A DNA stretch of 63,699 nucleotides, filler included, from Saprolegnia diclina VS20 (GCF_000281045.1; 8 parts of 3 records of this genome joined end to end with filler, not necessarily neighbours in it), one strand, 5' to 3'. Numbered from the whole stretch's first letter, positions 9,973-22,350 are shown. The notes: generated by a model from the sequence alone, not told the origin. A program made the numbers and translations.

Positions 9973-12231
9973 ATGCAGCCGGGCAGTGCAGCGCTGGATC
10001 CGTGGCGGCCACGCGCCTTTGCCGTCACCCAAGGTGACGCCTCTGTCCTTGTCGATGACAAGCAGCTCGACTTGCCAGTTGACAACGCCGTCGCCGCCAG
10101 CCTCGTGGCTCGCTTTGGCAACAGAGTGTCCTCAGCACACATCGACGCGACGTTGGCGCAGGGTCTGAAGAGCGTGCAGCGGTTTGTCAAAGGCGTGCTC
10201 GTGCCGGAAGGGCCGTTCACGCTCGCGCTGTCGCAATTAGCGCTGGACACTCTCGGCGGCGACAACACGTTGTCCTTCACGCCTCTCGACAGTAGCCCAC
10301 CGGGTACGTTTGGCCGACTGCTTTTCGTCTTGCCGTCAGACTACGACGGTGGCAAGGTTTGCGTCGACCACCAAGATGTCGACCTCGCTCCGCACAGGAT
10401 TCTTGCACTGTATAATGCCACGTCACTGACTACCGCGCCGGTCACCCGCGGCTACCGCGCCATCCTCGTCTACCACCTCATCTACACGAGTCCGACGGCC
10501 CACGTCCGCTGCGCACCCGCTTCTGACGCCGATGCCCTCGACGCGTGGCTCTGCGCCGCAGCCAGCGCCAACTCGCCGGCGTGGCTCTACGCCTACGCGC
10601 TCCGAGGGCCCATTTCAAATCTCGCCTTTAACGCGCTCTGTCCCGCCGACCTGCGCCTCGTTCGTGACGTGGCAGCGTCCGGGCGCTTTGACGTATGTCT
10701 TGCGCACCTACGTGACGGCGTCTACGACGAGTGGAAGATACTCTCCGAGATCGCACCGTACCCATGGTGTGGGCTATCGACGGCCGCCGCCGTTGGTCTC
10801 ATCGGCCAAGACGTGTGTACCTCAATGTCAACCTGTCTTGTCGTGTGGCGAACGACGTCCCGCTTGCACTTTGCGAGCGTCGATGCCGCCCTTTCCGCTC
10901 TGGAAGCTGCAGTGAACGATGCACCGGTGTGGGGGTACGTGTCGCGCAAGGCACTGGCCGCCGCTGTCATCTCAACCTACGCGGTCGTCGCCACTTCGTC
11001 GATGGACCGCGCGCGCTTGACGGCCACCCTCTCGCAGCTCGACGATGTCGGCCTCGTTCAGAGCTTCTTGGGACGGTATTGGCACACGCACCTGACGCCG
11101 GTCGCCACCGTCGCTCCCTGGATCCACGCGCAGCTGGTTCGGTTTGGCTGGACGTCGCTGGCCGAGAGCCTTAGCGTGTTTGTCTACCATGCGCGTAGCG
11201 TTGGGGCACCGGCTTTTGTCGCTAGCCTCGCCGGGCTTGGCGACCTCTGCCCGGCCCTCGACGCTCCAAAATCGCTCGAGCTCCTCAAACAACTCTACCA
11301 CAAGCTCCTTAGCACATGTGACGTGTGGCGCCACGACGTTGCAACCCAAGTCGATACGGTCGCGTATCTGATCATGCTCGAGATGCACTTGGACCGTGCG
11401 CACGAGAGCGGGCACTGGCTGGCGCATCGTCTGCCGCCCCACGCCACGGCGTGCATTGACGCCTACCTCGCGCGCACCGCGACCCTCTCAACTGTACTCA
11501 CGAAGCTGCCACGCTTCGAGGTTGTTGTCCCAGCTCTCGTGCTGGCACAGGACCGAGCGCCGCAGCTCATGCTCGGCCATGACGTCGCCCGCTACACTGC
11601 GCTGCTGGCGAAAATACCGGCATCGATCGCACCCGAGGAGAGCGGCGACCACGAGCTCGTGGCGGCTACGATTGCGCACCTGCGCTGGCACCATCTGAAC
11701 GTCAAAGCTCTCGAGGCGTGCATGGCCAAGGCGTCGTTCCTCGCGATCCCAGCGTTTCTGTGGTTTGCACGCGAGCACCGTTTGGTACAAGGGGACTCGG
11801 AGATCTCACTCCTCGCCGCCGGGATCGCCCACGTCGTCGCGCAGCACAGCTGGTCGGAGCACCGGATTGCGCAAGCGAGACTCTATTACCACTCGCTTAA
11901 TGTCGAGGCGTCGGTCGCGGTCGATGCGTTTACGTTCTTTGCGCATTTTGCACCAAGCGAGATGCGCGCCTTCGCCCAGACGTGGCTGAGTAGCACGACC
12001 TCGTACCGCCCGATCTACCATCTTCTCAAGGACCACAGCGACGTCCTGCGACGCCACACCAGCAGCAGTGTCTATGCGGACGTGGTGCAAGCTGGCATCG
12101 ACCGCATGCACCAAGGACGCTTGCAGCCGGATGCCATAGGTCGCTCGGCCGCCGAGGCGATGGCGTACTTTCTGCAGTGCCACAACGACGTAGCCGGCGT
12201 CAGTGTGAATGGCCGTGCGACGTCTACCTAG
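9973..12231 (+). CDS. Large hypothetical protein with a degenerate 2OG-Fe(II) oxygenase-like domain
   Basis: Long intronless ORF; GTFGRLLFVLPSDYDGG and PVTRGYRAILVYHL resemble the oomycete/fungal 2OG-FeII_Oxy_3-like family. First in-frame ATG at 9973. Confidence 0.65.
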   Translation: MQPGSAALDPWRPRAFAVTQGDASVLVDDKQLDLPVDNAVAASLVARFGNRVSSAHIDATLAQGLKSVQRFVKGVLVPEGPFTLALSQLALDTLGGDNTLSFTPLDSSPPGTFGRLLFVLPSDYDGGKVCVDHQDVDLAPHRILALYNATSLTTAPVTRGYRAILVYHLIYTSPTAHVRCAPASDADALDAWLCAAASANSPAWLYAYALRGPISNLAFNALCPADLRLVRDVAASGRFDVCLAHLRDGVYDEWKILSEIAPYPWCGLSTAAAVGLIGQDVCTSMSTCLVVWRTTSRLHFASVDAALSALEAAVNDAPVWGYVSRKALAAAVISTYAVVATSSMDRARLTATLSQLDDVGLVQSFLGRYWHTHLTPVATVAPWIHAQLVRFGWTSLAESLSVFVYHARSVGAPAFVASLAGLGDLCPALDAPKSLELLKQLYHKLLSTCDVWRHDVATQVDTVAYLIMLEMHLDRAHESGHWLAHRLPPHATACIDAYLARTATLSTVLTKLPRFEVVVPALVLAQDRAPQLMLGHDVARYTALLAKIPASIAPEESGDHELVAATIAHLRWHHLNVKALEACMAKASFLAIPAFLWFAREHRLVQGDSEISLLAAGIAHVVAQHSWSEHRIAQARLYYHSLNVEASVAVDAFTFFAHFAPSEMRAFAQTWLSSTTSYRPIYHLLKDHSDVLRRHTSSSVYADVVQAGIDRMHQGRLQPDAIGRSAAEAMAYFLQCHNDVAGVSVNGRATST

Positions 12232-12372
12232 CTAGTGACGATATCTTCCACAAGTACTCAACCGTACTAGTATAAGCTTGTTCACGGGCATGGGTCGAGT
12301 GGATCGTCGAGAGCGCACTTGCTGAAAGGCCATTGGCTGTTGCGGGAGCCAATGGATTTTGGCGGTTGCAGC

Positions 12373-13257
12373 ATGGGCGAGAAGCGCAAGCGCGGTGACC
12401 GGCCGACGGGCAGCTTCGTGGTGACGGATGCGACAGCGCCGCCGTCGACCTACTGCGTGACGCTCGCGTACGACGGCAAGGCCTTCAACGGCTACCAGGC
12501 GCAGGAGAAGACGCCGCCCGTGCGCACGGTGCAGGCGACGCTCGAGGACGCGATCAAGCGCACGACGGGCGAGGTCCTTCGCGTGCGCGGTGCATCGCGC
12601 ACCGACAGAGGCGTCCACGCGCGCGGCCAAGAAGCCGCCTTTGAGAGCACCGTGGTCGACGCCAGCGTCCTCTTGCGCGCCATCAACAACCGCTTGCCCG
12701 ACGACGTGGCCATCACGCGCCTTGTCAAGGTCGCCGACGGCTTTGACCCGCGCAAGGCCTCCACGCACAAGTGCTACTCGTACCGCATCTTCACGGGCGA
12801 GATCCGGCAGGTGCTGGGGCGCGACCAGGCGTGGCAGGTATTACGCCATGACCTCGTGATGCGCCGTTGTCATATGCATGCATATGCACTGTAGGTCTGC
12901 AAGCCATTGGACGTGGCCTTGATGCGCGAGGCCGCCAACTTGCTCGAGAGCTCAACGCCGCGGGACTGCAGTGCGTTCACGCCGACGCGGCGCCTCGAAG
13001 AGGACATGAGCACGCTCTGCGCCGTCCGCAGCATCGAGCTGGCGTCGCATGAGAAGGAGCATGAGCTGACGATCACGTTTCAAGGCGACCGGTTCCTCTA
13101 TCGCATGGTGCGCAACATGGTCGGGCTCCTCGTGCACGTGGGTCTCCACAAGAAGACACTCGAGGACGTCCAAGCTATGGTCGACGCCAACGAACGCATC
13201 GAGTCGCCCGGCGCGCCGGCGCATGGCCTCACGCTGGAGTGGATTCGCTTCGAGTAG
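12373..13257 (+). CDS. truA: tRNA pseudouridine synthase A family; intron 12838-12894
   Basis: LAYDGKAFNGYQ, catalytic ASRTDRGVHARGQ, GDRFLYRMVRNMVG, APAHGLTL. Confidence 0.9.
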
Positions 13258-13363
13258 ACCCAAGTCGCGTCGTCTACTAGGTATCACTAACTTTTAACGT
13301 AGACAAATCCATTTTCTTGCTATATATATGTCGACTCGTGCGTCGCACGCTACACGTTTCCAC

Positions 13364-14713
13364 CTAGTACTCTTCGCCGACGTCCATATCTTCGGCGTCC
13401 TGCGTCTCGGCCGACACTTCTTCGTAGTCCTTCTCGAGCGCCGCCAAATCTTCCCGCGCCTCGGAGAACTCGCCTTCTTCCATGCCTTCGCCAACGTACC
13501 AGTGGACGAACGCGCGCTTGGCGTACATCAAGTCAAACTTGTGGTTGATGCGCGAGAAGACCTCGGCGATCGCCGACGTGTTGGAGATGAGCGTGCACGC
13601 GCGCTGGACGCGGGCGAGGTCGCCGCCCGGCACGACCGACGGCGGCTCGTAGTTGATGCCGCACTTGAAGCCGGTCGGGCACCAATCGACAAACTGGATC
13701 GTGCGCTTCGTCTTGATGGTCGCGACTGCGGCGTTGACGTCCTTGGGGACAATGTCGCCGCGGTACATGAGGCACGCCGCCATGTACTTGCCGTGGCGCG
13801 GGTCGCACTTGGCCATCATCGACGACGGTTCGAAGCACGAGTTGGTGATCTCCGCCACGGACAGTTGCTCGTGGTACGCCTTCTCGGCCGAAATGACGGG
13901 CGCGTACGACGAGAGCATGAAGTGGATGCGCGGGTACGGCACGAGGTTGGTCTGGAACTCGGTGATGTCGACGTTGAGCGAGCCGTCAAAGCGCAGCGAC
14001 GTCGTGAGCGACGAGATGACTTGGGCGATCAACCGGTTCAAGTTGGTGTACGACGGCCGTTCAATGTTGAGCGACCGCTTGCAAATGTCGTAGATGGCTT
14101 CGTTGTCGAGGAGGATGCTAATGTCCGTGTGCTCGAGGAGCGCGTGGGTCGCCAGCACGGCGTTGTACGGCTCGACGACCGCCGTCGAGAGCTGCGGCGA
14201 CGGGTAGATTGTGAATCCGAGCTTCGACTTGCGGCCATAGTCGACCGAGAGGCGCTCGAGGAGAAGCGCGCCGAGGCCCGACCCGGTGCCGCCGCCGACC
14301 GCGTTGAAGATCATGAAGCCCTGAAGGCCAGTGCAGTTGTCGGCGAGCTTGCGGATGCGGTCGAGCACCTTGTCGACGACTTCTTTGCCGATTGTGTAGT
14401 GACCACGCGCGTAGTTGTTGGCCGCGTCCTCCTTGCCCGAGATGATCTGCTCCGGGTGGTAGAGTTGGCGGTATGTGCCGGTGCGGATCTCGTCGCAGAC
14501 CGACGGCTCCAGGTCGACGAAAATCGCACGCGGCACGTGCATGCCGGCGCCGGTCTCGCTGAAGAAGGTGCTGAAGGCGCTGTCGCTCGCCGTCGACTCG
14601 TCGGGCATGTGGCCGTTGGGCTGGATGCCGTGCTCGAGGCAGTAGAGCTCCCAGCACGAGTTGCCGACCTGGATGCCGCCTTGGCCAATGTGCAACGACA
14701 GAATCTCACGCAT
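13364..14713 (-). CDS. TUBA: Alpha-tubulin (divergent isotype)
   Basis: [35 protein letters not shown]-terminal EEY; 449 aa. Confidence 0.97.
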   Translation of the reverse strand: MREILSLHIGQGGIQVGNSCWELYCLEHGIQPNGHMPDESTASDSAFSTFFSETGAGMHVPRAIFVDLEPSVCDEIRTGTYRQLYHPEQIISGKEDAANNYARGHYTIGKEVVDKVLDRIRKLADNCTGLQGFMIFNAVGGGTGSGLGALLLERLSVDYGRKSKLGFTIYPSPQLSTAVVEPYNAVLATHALLEHTDISILLDNEAIYDICKRSLNIERPSYTNLNRLIAQVISSLTTSLRFDGSLNVDITEFQTNLVPYPRIHFMLSSYAPVISAEKAYHEQLSVAEITNSCFEPSSMMAKCDPRHGKYMAACLMYRGDIVPKDVNAAVATIKTKRTIQFVDWCPTGFKCGINYEPPSVVPGGDLARVQRACTLISNTSAIAEVFSRINHKFDLMYAKRAFVHWYVGEGMEEGEFSEAREDLAALEKDYEEVSAETQDAEDMDVGEEY

Positions 14714-17700
14714 ATTTTCGAGTTGGGCGAAAGGGGAAATGACGAGCTCTCAAGCTGCCGAATCGGACCCGCGTATTCATTGGCCGGGAGCGAGACAGCG
14801 CGCGTGATTGGCTTCACATACCAGTGTCTATCGAACTGCGCTGTGATTGGTGCAAAGCGTATCCATCTGCCGCGTTTGGCTCTCCCTGGTCCTTCTTCGT
14901 CCCGAGGAGGGAGCACATGACAGTGGCAGCAGCAGCCGACAGCGCAGAACCGCGCAGCGTGCGCCAGAGCAAGGGCGTAGGTGCTGCGTCATTACCTCGC
15001 GCCTCGTCGTTGACCTTGCATGTCTGCCACCAGCTGCGACGGGCTCAACGACTCGGTAACCGCATACATTCTGGTGGATGCGCATGCATTCTACCACGTA
15101 TGGCCTTCTGGAGAGCCGACGAACGGGTATTAGTGGAGTAGCGACGTGGCCGTCATCGATTGTGTTGCTACGAGGTTGCAGCAAGCCATCCAACCAGAGA
15201 AAAAGACAATGTCCAGGCGGCGCTCCATCGAAAAATGGCTCTACCGCACGAGCTCTTGAACGCGACAGCGATATGGGCTATGGAAGCAACTATAGCAAAA
15301 AAAGACAAAGAAAGACAATATGTCAGCACAAGGTCTGCGCAAAGCGAAAAGGTTGCTACATTGACATTGTATGGCGACAGGCAACGCAGCGTCTCGGCCC
15401 GCATCGAAACCATTGAAATCGTCCAGTAGGTGCGCTTTACCAAATACTATTCTGCAAAAGGTGCTCTTTCGTCCATTAAGGTGCGCAATCTTTTTCAAGA
15501 AATAGGTGCATCTTTGCCGTGGCAGCGCGCGCTGTCGCCTTTGAACAGTGGCGCCTCGCTTCCAGGTCGATGGTCTCGCCTAGTACAGGGCAACTCCTCA
15601 ACAACCAAGCCCGTTCCAACGTGTCGCGGACACTTCGCCCGCTGTGCTGCAGGCAAGCTCGCCGCCATCGTCGAGGGCGTAGTCAAAGAGCTCGAGGACC
15701 GGGTCGTGCGCGACAATGTCGGCCGCCTTTAGCTGGAAGAGAATATCGTTGTTGTCGACAGCTCGTCAACCTTGACGTGCAGAACGCCGTCGAGATGCGT
15801 GGACGTAAGACGCTGCCAGCCAACTTGCATTATGACCGCAAGTTTACTTTTGGGACGAGACGGTCGCAGTTCCATGTGCCGTTGAAATGACGTGGCGCGC
15901 TCGTGGGCCACGAAGGATCCGCGCGCAGCACGTTGATTGGTCCATTCCCCAAGACATTAGCCTTTTTGATGATGCCAACGAAAACGCGGATGGTCCACGG
16001 TGCTGTCATTGGTCAACTGTACTCTTGATATATTGCGTCCCTCTGAGAGCGCCTGGTGATAGTGTACACGTTGTCCTCGAACCCACGCGAAAACACCGCA
16101 GGATTCTTGGTACAATCACGACAACCACGACAGCCCACCAACGAGAACTCGAGGCAGCTCTACATGTCTGTGCACGCGTGGGCTCAGCAATGATACTACG
16201 GCGTCATGCGTGTGTTGGGCCACCAAGGTACAGATGCACAGCTCGCCTTCGCACCAAAAGAGAGACCGAGTTCCTGCTTGTACTGTACTAAGGTAGACAA
16301 ACACTGGACACATAACACTTTCTTGACATAGAGGCGCAAGACAACACGAGTGCCTTCCCAACCTTCGCTGCCTTCTCGGTACGCGGTCGCGTCAGGCTTG
16401 TAGTTCAGGGCTTTGATAAACTCCTGTCGGTCCTACCGAGCGGCGCCCTTCAAGAGCTTAAGCCCTCCGCGCACAAGCAGTGGGTGAGCTATGGCCCTCA
16501 TGCACTGCGAGATTCCGCTGCGTGTTTTCTAAACGACCATAGAAGCTCGAACAAACACCAAAAAGTTAGAGAAAGACACATTCTATTTGCGTCAAAATAG
16601 TCCGGCAAGGCCGTGGATGGCGCGGTCTGTCGATCAACGGACTTGCAGGAATATTTGGAGGGCACCAAATATGTTTCTTCGGGGTGGAGGGTCGGCTCTT
16701 CAGTCGTAAATGGTCGTGGGCATCGACAGCGACAAGAGGTATAAAAGTTGTAATTCGGCACCAAGGGCAAAGGCTTGGGCAAGGCGGCGGCAGCTGCATG
16801 GAAAAAAGAGAGGTGAGCACGAGCAATGGATGTTTCTGGGTTGCTTGAACGAGGAAGACACTTGGTCGACCTCGCTATCCCAGCCATTGCGTCGTACCCA
16901 CACTACTCGTCGTCGACCGGCCCAAGGTCGTCGCCGTCGCGGAGGTGGCGGGTAAGGATTCAAGGTTCGCAAAGATCATCGTGGGAGGCGAGTCGGACGG
17001 GGCGGGGCGCAAGCGGGGAGAGGCTTGAGCGGAAGGTCGACAATTCAGAAATGAGCGTCCCGGCCAGTCACAGGCGCGACCACCTGGAACTTTCGCTGAA
17101 AGTTCAATTGGCTCCCAAGTGCAATTTCAAGGATTTGTAATTCTGCGCTTCAGTATACCATACAAAAAGCAAGCTTATTGAAAGATACGGTTCGAAAAAT
17201 ACGACCAATCATGGCGCGTCGCGACAATCCAGTTGGCGGGAAGCTCTCTCAAAGCGAGCGGAACGCGGCCTTGGAAAGACAGCGAACCACATGGAAGAAG
17301 AGAGCGCATACAGTTGCGTTGGTTGTATAGCTGGCCTCCTCGGAACGTAATGAGGAGAGTTGTTTCAAGGGAGTTGATCGGCAAAGTGCCTGGTCACAAG
17401 GTCGCAAAATGGACACTGGCGCCGCTGTACCGTACGAAACGACCAACACCGGGGTCGAGTGATGGTCAATCGTCAGCCCACGCGGCAAAGGGCGCGAAAA
17501 TTCACAGCGCGATGGCGGGAGATGGCACGACCTCGCTTTTGCCGCCAAATCGCCGGCCAGATGAGCCCAGATGGACGAGAGAGTTTGAAAGATGACTACA
17601 CTCTCAAAAGATGATGCGTGAATGTATCAGCGTCAACCGAACTTGGACACCTGACATACCGTACGGGCGAGACCTTGCTGTGACGGCGAGCGTTTACTGT

Positions 17701-18075
17701 ACACCAGGACACTAATCACCAGAAAATACTAACGTTAGCGCTACATCAGACAGAGAATTCAGTTTACCGATCGAAGCGGTGTCATAGAGATATGGATCGT
17801 TTGCTCTCCCATTACGTGGCTCGATGAGAGGCTGCATCTGAGTTGGTGACCGCTTGATGGATTGGCGGACCATCATTCATTCGGTCCGCAAGATCGCGGT
17901 AGGATACTCCGTTTCTGGTGTGAGAAGGTGAGAGATGGTCCCTGGAAGCGACTCTTTCCTTGGCCAACATTGGTATACCTCCAGCACGGCATGTTGCTCT
18001 TACCACAGCTTCCAGGAGTTCCGTTCCAGACTAGTTTCGACTACTCGTCCATAGCAGTCACAAGAAACTAGGTTA

Positions 18076-18444
18076 TTAGAAAGGTGCGGTATGCGTTGGT
18101 GGCGGTGGTGTCGCCCAGAGGGTCGCGACAAAGTCCAAGAAGAGACGCTGGTCGCGCACGGGAACGACCGTCGACTGCCACTGGCCCTTTTGATGCCGCT
18201 TTCGCTGGTCCACGGCGCGCTGGTTGATGCAGGAGCGCTCGCGGTGGTACGCGCAGAGCGTGTGGCGCTGCCCGTTCGCCTTGTGCGCGCGGGGCGCAAA
18301 ACACTTGGTGCCTTTGGCGTAGCTGCAGTGGTCGCTCGTCAGTGGCGCCGCGTCAGCGTGGCAGGAATTCGTGGCCGGTCGAAGGCCCTCGACTTCGTAT
18401 TCGAGAGCCTGCGGCCAAGCAAAGGACGTGCAGAGGTGCGCCAT
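18076..18444 (-). CDS. Small protein with a Cys/His + basic motif of an uncharacterised oomycete family
   Basis: CSYAKGTKCFAPRAHKANGQRHTLCAYHRERSCINQRAVDQRKR; the same motif recurs at 31591-31956. Confidence 0.65.
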   Translation of the reverse strand: MAHLCTSFAWPQALEYEVEGLRPATNSCHADAAPLTSDHCSYAKGTKCFAPRAHKANGQRHTLCAYHRERSCINQRAVDQRKRHQKGQWQSTVVPVRDQRLFLDFVATLWATPPPPTHTAPF

Positions 18445-19183
18445 GGGCAAATAAATGAAAAAGCCGAACTGTTCAGCGATGCTTTCTAGCTAAAGTACGC
18501 CTATAGAGCTTTTACACAGGAAAGTGCAAGCTTTTCCGCTTTCGCCGTAAAAGCAGATATCGTTCCAGTCAAGTAATCTACATCCGGTTCCTAGCTTGAT
18601 ACCCAGAAGAGTTTGAACTGAGCATGCACGAACAACACTTCACTCGTGTTATATGACGGATGATGAGCCTAGAGCTTGCGCGTCTTGAGTTTAAAAAACG
18701 TTGGACACAAACATCGATACGGGGTTAGGCTTGCTGCGAGACGAAGGTGCTAGACTACACCTGCGATCCCATCAACATGCACCATGTCCCAAGCGGCGCC
18801 CATTACGCTGGTTGCATTGCGGCTAGTCAGGGATACGATATATTCTGAGATGCATCACAGCACTGGCTCCGGCCTTCAACTTGGAGACTGCGGTGGTCCT
18901 GTCACTTGACGCAGCACAGAGCGTTGAGCTCGTGCGTCGACCGACGGTACAAGTCGTTTCAGATCTGACCTCTAAAGTCTCAGGTCGACTTGATTCGGAC
19001 AGAGCAGCCGTCAGTCTACACCGTCGTGGCACCTGCACCCGTCGCATTCGTGTCGCGTTGGCATCCACGCGTGCGATTGGTCGGGTCGGATCCCACCGCC
19101 GCAACTTCAGATCCGGCGTCGGACTTAGCACCCGCCTTGCTAGGGCGATTTCTGACTGGTGATGAACTCGGTCATTTCCAAAC

Positions 19184-19828
19184 ATGCAGTGGCTGTCACT
19201 CTTTGCCCTGTGCTTCGTGGCCGTCGCCGCCGCCGAGACCGTTGCGCCCGGGACGCCGGACCCCGCGACATGCAAGCTCCAGTTCCTGAGCCCGTGCAAG
19301 AAAGATCTCGACTGCGGTACGCTCAACGGGTATAACCTGACGTGCATCGTGTCGGGTACGAACCGCCAGTGCGGCTGCAAGGGCGGCGTCTCCAAGACCT
19401 CCGAGTGCATTCGGACGACGCCGGACGGGTCGGTGCCGCAGTTTGGTCTCTGCACCGACTCGCTCCAGTGCTCGTCGGGCCTTGGCTTCACCGACTACAT
19501 CCTCGAACTCAACGAAAAGCCGACGCGGCGTTGTGCGGAAGCGCTTCATTGCATCCAAGAAGTGAACGACACGCCAGGCGTCGTCCTCACCAAGCAGTGC
19601 CTCACGTGCGGCAGTTGCCGCGCGCAGTACCTCGCCGGCAAGCGTTTCGACTGCGACTCGATTTGCCCGGCGACGCCCGAGCCCCCGACCACCGAACCTC
19701 TCCCGACGACCCCGACGCGGGCGCCCAAGACGTCGGAGCCGCCCACGACGCCCCCCAGCTCGTTTGCGTCCGCCGTCGCCGTCAGTGGTGTTGCCCTTGG
19801 CGCCATCGCGGTCGCAGCACTCGTGTAA
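19184..19828 (+). CDS. Secreted cysteine-rich protein with Pro/Thr stalk and probable GPI signal
   Basis: Signal peptide, Cys-rich domain, PTTEP-type stalk, hydrophobic C-terminus (VAVSGVALGAIAVAALV) with no cytosolic tail. Confidence 0.8.
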   Translation: MQWLSLFALCFVAVAAAETVAPGTPDPATCKLQFLSPCKKDLDCGTLNGYNLTCIVSGTNRQCGCKGGVSKTSECIRTTPDGSVPQFGLCTDSLQCSSGLGFTDYILELNEKPTRRCAEALHCIQEVNDTPGVVLTKQCLTCGSCRAQYLAGKRFDCDSICPATPEPPTTEPLPTTPTRAPKTSEPPTTPPSSFASAVAVSGVALGAIAVAALV

Positions 19829-20348
19829 ATAACTACACAATATACTTCTGTTTCTTCCTTGTAGATTGTTCTATATCTATATGCATGTGCATTAGCCCGA
19901 ATCTTGCTACACAAATCAAGCGTAAACCCTTGCACAACATCAACCATACTTCGAATACCGCGAGGCCATTAGATGAAAATTAGCCAATAAACGGTTCTCT
20001 GCGTCATATATTATCCAATCAAACGCTCTCAAACGTTGAACATTGTCAACTTGACATGCATATGCGCTGATCATCGTCGAGTCGAGTCTATAGACCATAC
20101 ACCTTCGCGCTCGTCACAAGAGAAGCGACACACCTTGGCCTCTTCTGCTCTCTGCGCCGCTTCAACGAACGAGCCAATCACACGTATCGCTTCCACGACC
20201 AAGCCAATCACATGCATAAGTGAAATCCGTGTCTTTGGCGCGCCCGGTGTCTATATGCACCGGTTCAAGAAGCACGCAATGCGCGATGATTTGAGGCGAG
20301 GATACCCCATTCTTCTTAATCCACCTGCCCTCGAACATCACCACCATC

Positions 20349-20894
20349 ATGGGTATGCTTTTTTCACGCGTCATGGACCGCCTCTTCAGCAAGCAGGACG
20401 TCCGCATCCTCATGGTCGGCCTCGACGCCGCCGGCAAAACCACGATCCTCTACAAGCTCAAGCTCGGGGAAGTCGTGACGACGATCCCGACCATCGGCTT
20501 CAACGTCGAGACGCTCGAGTACAAAAACATCAACTTTACGGTCTGGGACGTCGGTGGCCAAGACAAGATCCGCCCGCTGTGGCGCCATTACTACGACAAC
20601 ACGCGCGGCCTCATCTTCGTCGTCGACTCGAACGACCGCGACCGCATTGACCAAGCCCGCGACGAGCTCCACCGCATGCTGGCGCAAGACGAGCTCCGTG
20701 ACGCGATCACGCTCGTCTTTGCCAACAAGCAGGATTTGCCCAACTCGATGAGCGCGGCCGAGATGACCGAGAAGCTCGGTCTGCGAACGTTTGGCCGGCC
20801 GTGGTACATTCAGGCGTGCTGCGCGACGACGGGCGACGGCTTGTACGAAGGCCTCGACTGGCTCTCGGCAACGTTGAAAAAGCAGGCGCCGTAA
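20349..20894 (+). CDS. ARF1: ADP-ribosylation factor, class I-like
   Basis: MG start, [38 protein letters not shown]; 181 aa. Confidence 0.93.
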   Translation: MGMLFSRVMDRLFSKQDVRILMVGLDAAGKTTILYKLKLGEVVTTIPTIGFNVETLEYKNINFTVWDVGGQDKIRPLWRHYYDNTRGLIFVVDSNDRDRIDQARDELHRMLAQDELRDAITLVFANKQDLPNSMSAAEMTEKLGLRTFGRPWYIQACCATTGDGLYEGLDWLSATLKKQAP

Positions 20895-21214
20895 ATCCTT
20901 CTCCCTCAAATCATTAACTTGCCGTTCATATTTTTGCTAGCATTTGTAAATGCTTTCTTCGATGTCGACGAGGATGAGGGTCTACTTCGCAAGGACAACG
21001 ATACATATTTGAGTACGGGATCTGGGTATTCTACTGGCCCATGGACCGGGCTGAACGCAATGGAAGATCACACTTTGATGCACGGGAGATTGCACGAGGC
21101 GTCTTGAGGAGGTCATGACGAAGTACCCCAGGGCGTCAGTGGAGTAAATGTCGTATGTAAGTCAGGTATTAGATAGTAGGTAGTCTTGGTCGCAACACAT
21201 TCACACAGTGTCGT

Positions 21215-21751
21215 CTAGCTCGTCCGTGCGATCCACTGCAGGCCTTGGACAAGACCCGCCCCGGTCGTGGCGCAGCAGGCTTGGATGTACCAGTTGTGCT
21301 GGAGCTCGTATAAACCGAGCTTGGCCGTGACCTCGAGCGTGTTCATGGCTTTTGCGACGTCTTGCTTGTTGGCGAGCACGAGCACGCGGCAGTGGCGGAG
21401 CTCTTCTTGCTGCAAAATGCGCACGAGCTCGTCGCGCGCCTCAGGCATGCGGTCGCGGTCACTCGAGTCGACGACGTAGATAAGCACGTTGAAGTCGTTG
21501 TTGACGAGGTAGCAGCGCCAGAGCGCGCGGATCTTGTCTTGGCCGCCAAAGTCCCAGACCTGCAAACTCAGGTTGCGGTAATCGACGGTCTGGACGTTGG
21601 CGCCGATCGTCGGGACTGTCGTGACCGTCTCGGCGAGCTTGAGTCGGTACAAAATGGTCGTCTTGCCCGCCGCGTCGAGCCCGACCATCATGACGCGCAG
21701 CTCCTTCTTCCCAAAGAGGCGCGCGGCGAGGCGGGACACGACGACGCCCAT
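21215..21751 (-). CDS. ARF-family GTPase (divergent)
   Basis: MGVVVSR start, [26 protein letters not shown]. Confidence 0.88.
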   Translation of the reverse strand: MGVVVSRLAARLFGKKELRVMMVGLDAAGKTTILYRLKLAETVTTVPTIGANVQTVDYRNLSLQVWDFGGQDKIRALWRCYLVNNDFNVLIYVVDSSDRDRMPEARDELVRILQQEELRHCRVLVLANKQDVAKAMNTLEVTAKLGLYELQHNWYIQACCATTGAGLVQGLQWIARTS

Positions 21752-22350
21752 GGGCTTGGTCGACCGATCGGAAAGTGCAATTCCAGCAGCCAATCACGGC
21801 GCAGAAGACACTCTCCCCGTGTTTTTTACTATGGCAAATATATCAATACAAATAGCAAGATACATGCAACGAAATATAATGAGGCATACACGGTATGAAA
21901 GAAAGGTGCCTCAAAGATCTGCTCTCTCGCTGTCGAGGAGTTGGGCGCCGTTGGCGGCGTGGACCTCGCCGCCCCGCAGATGCAACCGCTGGCGGGATGC
22001 CTTTTCAATTTTTCTCGATTTTTTGATCGGGTCGAACCAGCTTTGAGAATTCAGTGCCGCCGAACAGACGACACGTAGGACTCGTTGAAGGCGTCGTCTT
22101 GGCTTCGTGGCGCCACCACCATCGGTATCTAGTACGCCTTTGGGGAGAACTTAGTGCCACCAACGTCACTGCCAAGGGCATGTACGGGTGGGCAATAAGA
22201 ACTGAGCCATCAAGTCCACTCACCAACCAAAAGCGTGCAACAATCCGCAACAACCTTCACAATGCAAAGGCGATTCACAACCATAGATTTGATGTACATG
22301 GAAATGGAAGGAATAAATAATGGTACGTCGACTTAAATAACTCGGCAATG

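Noticed and set aside
13328..14920. Long antisense ORFs (530 aa here; also 33386-35215, 51990-53687, 49848-51065)
   Set aside because: Shadow frames of GC3-rich genes on the opposite strand, with no motifs of their own.
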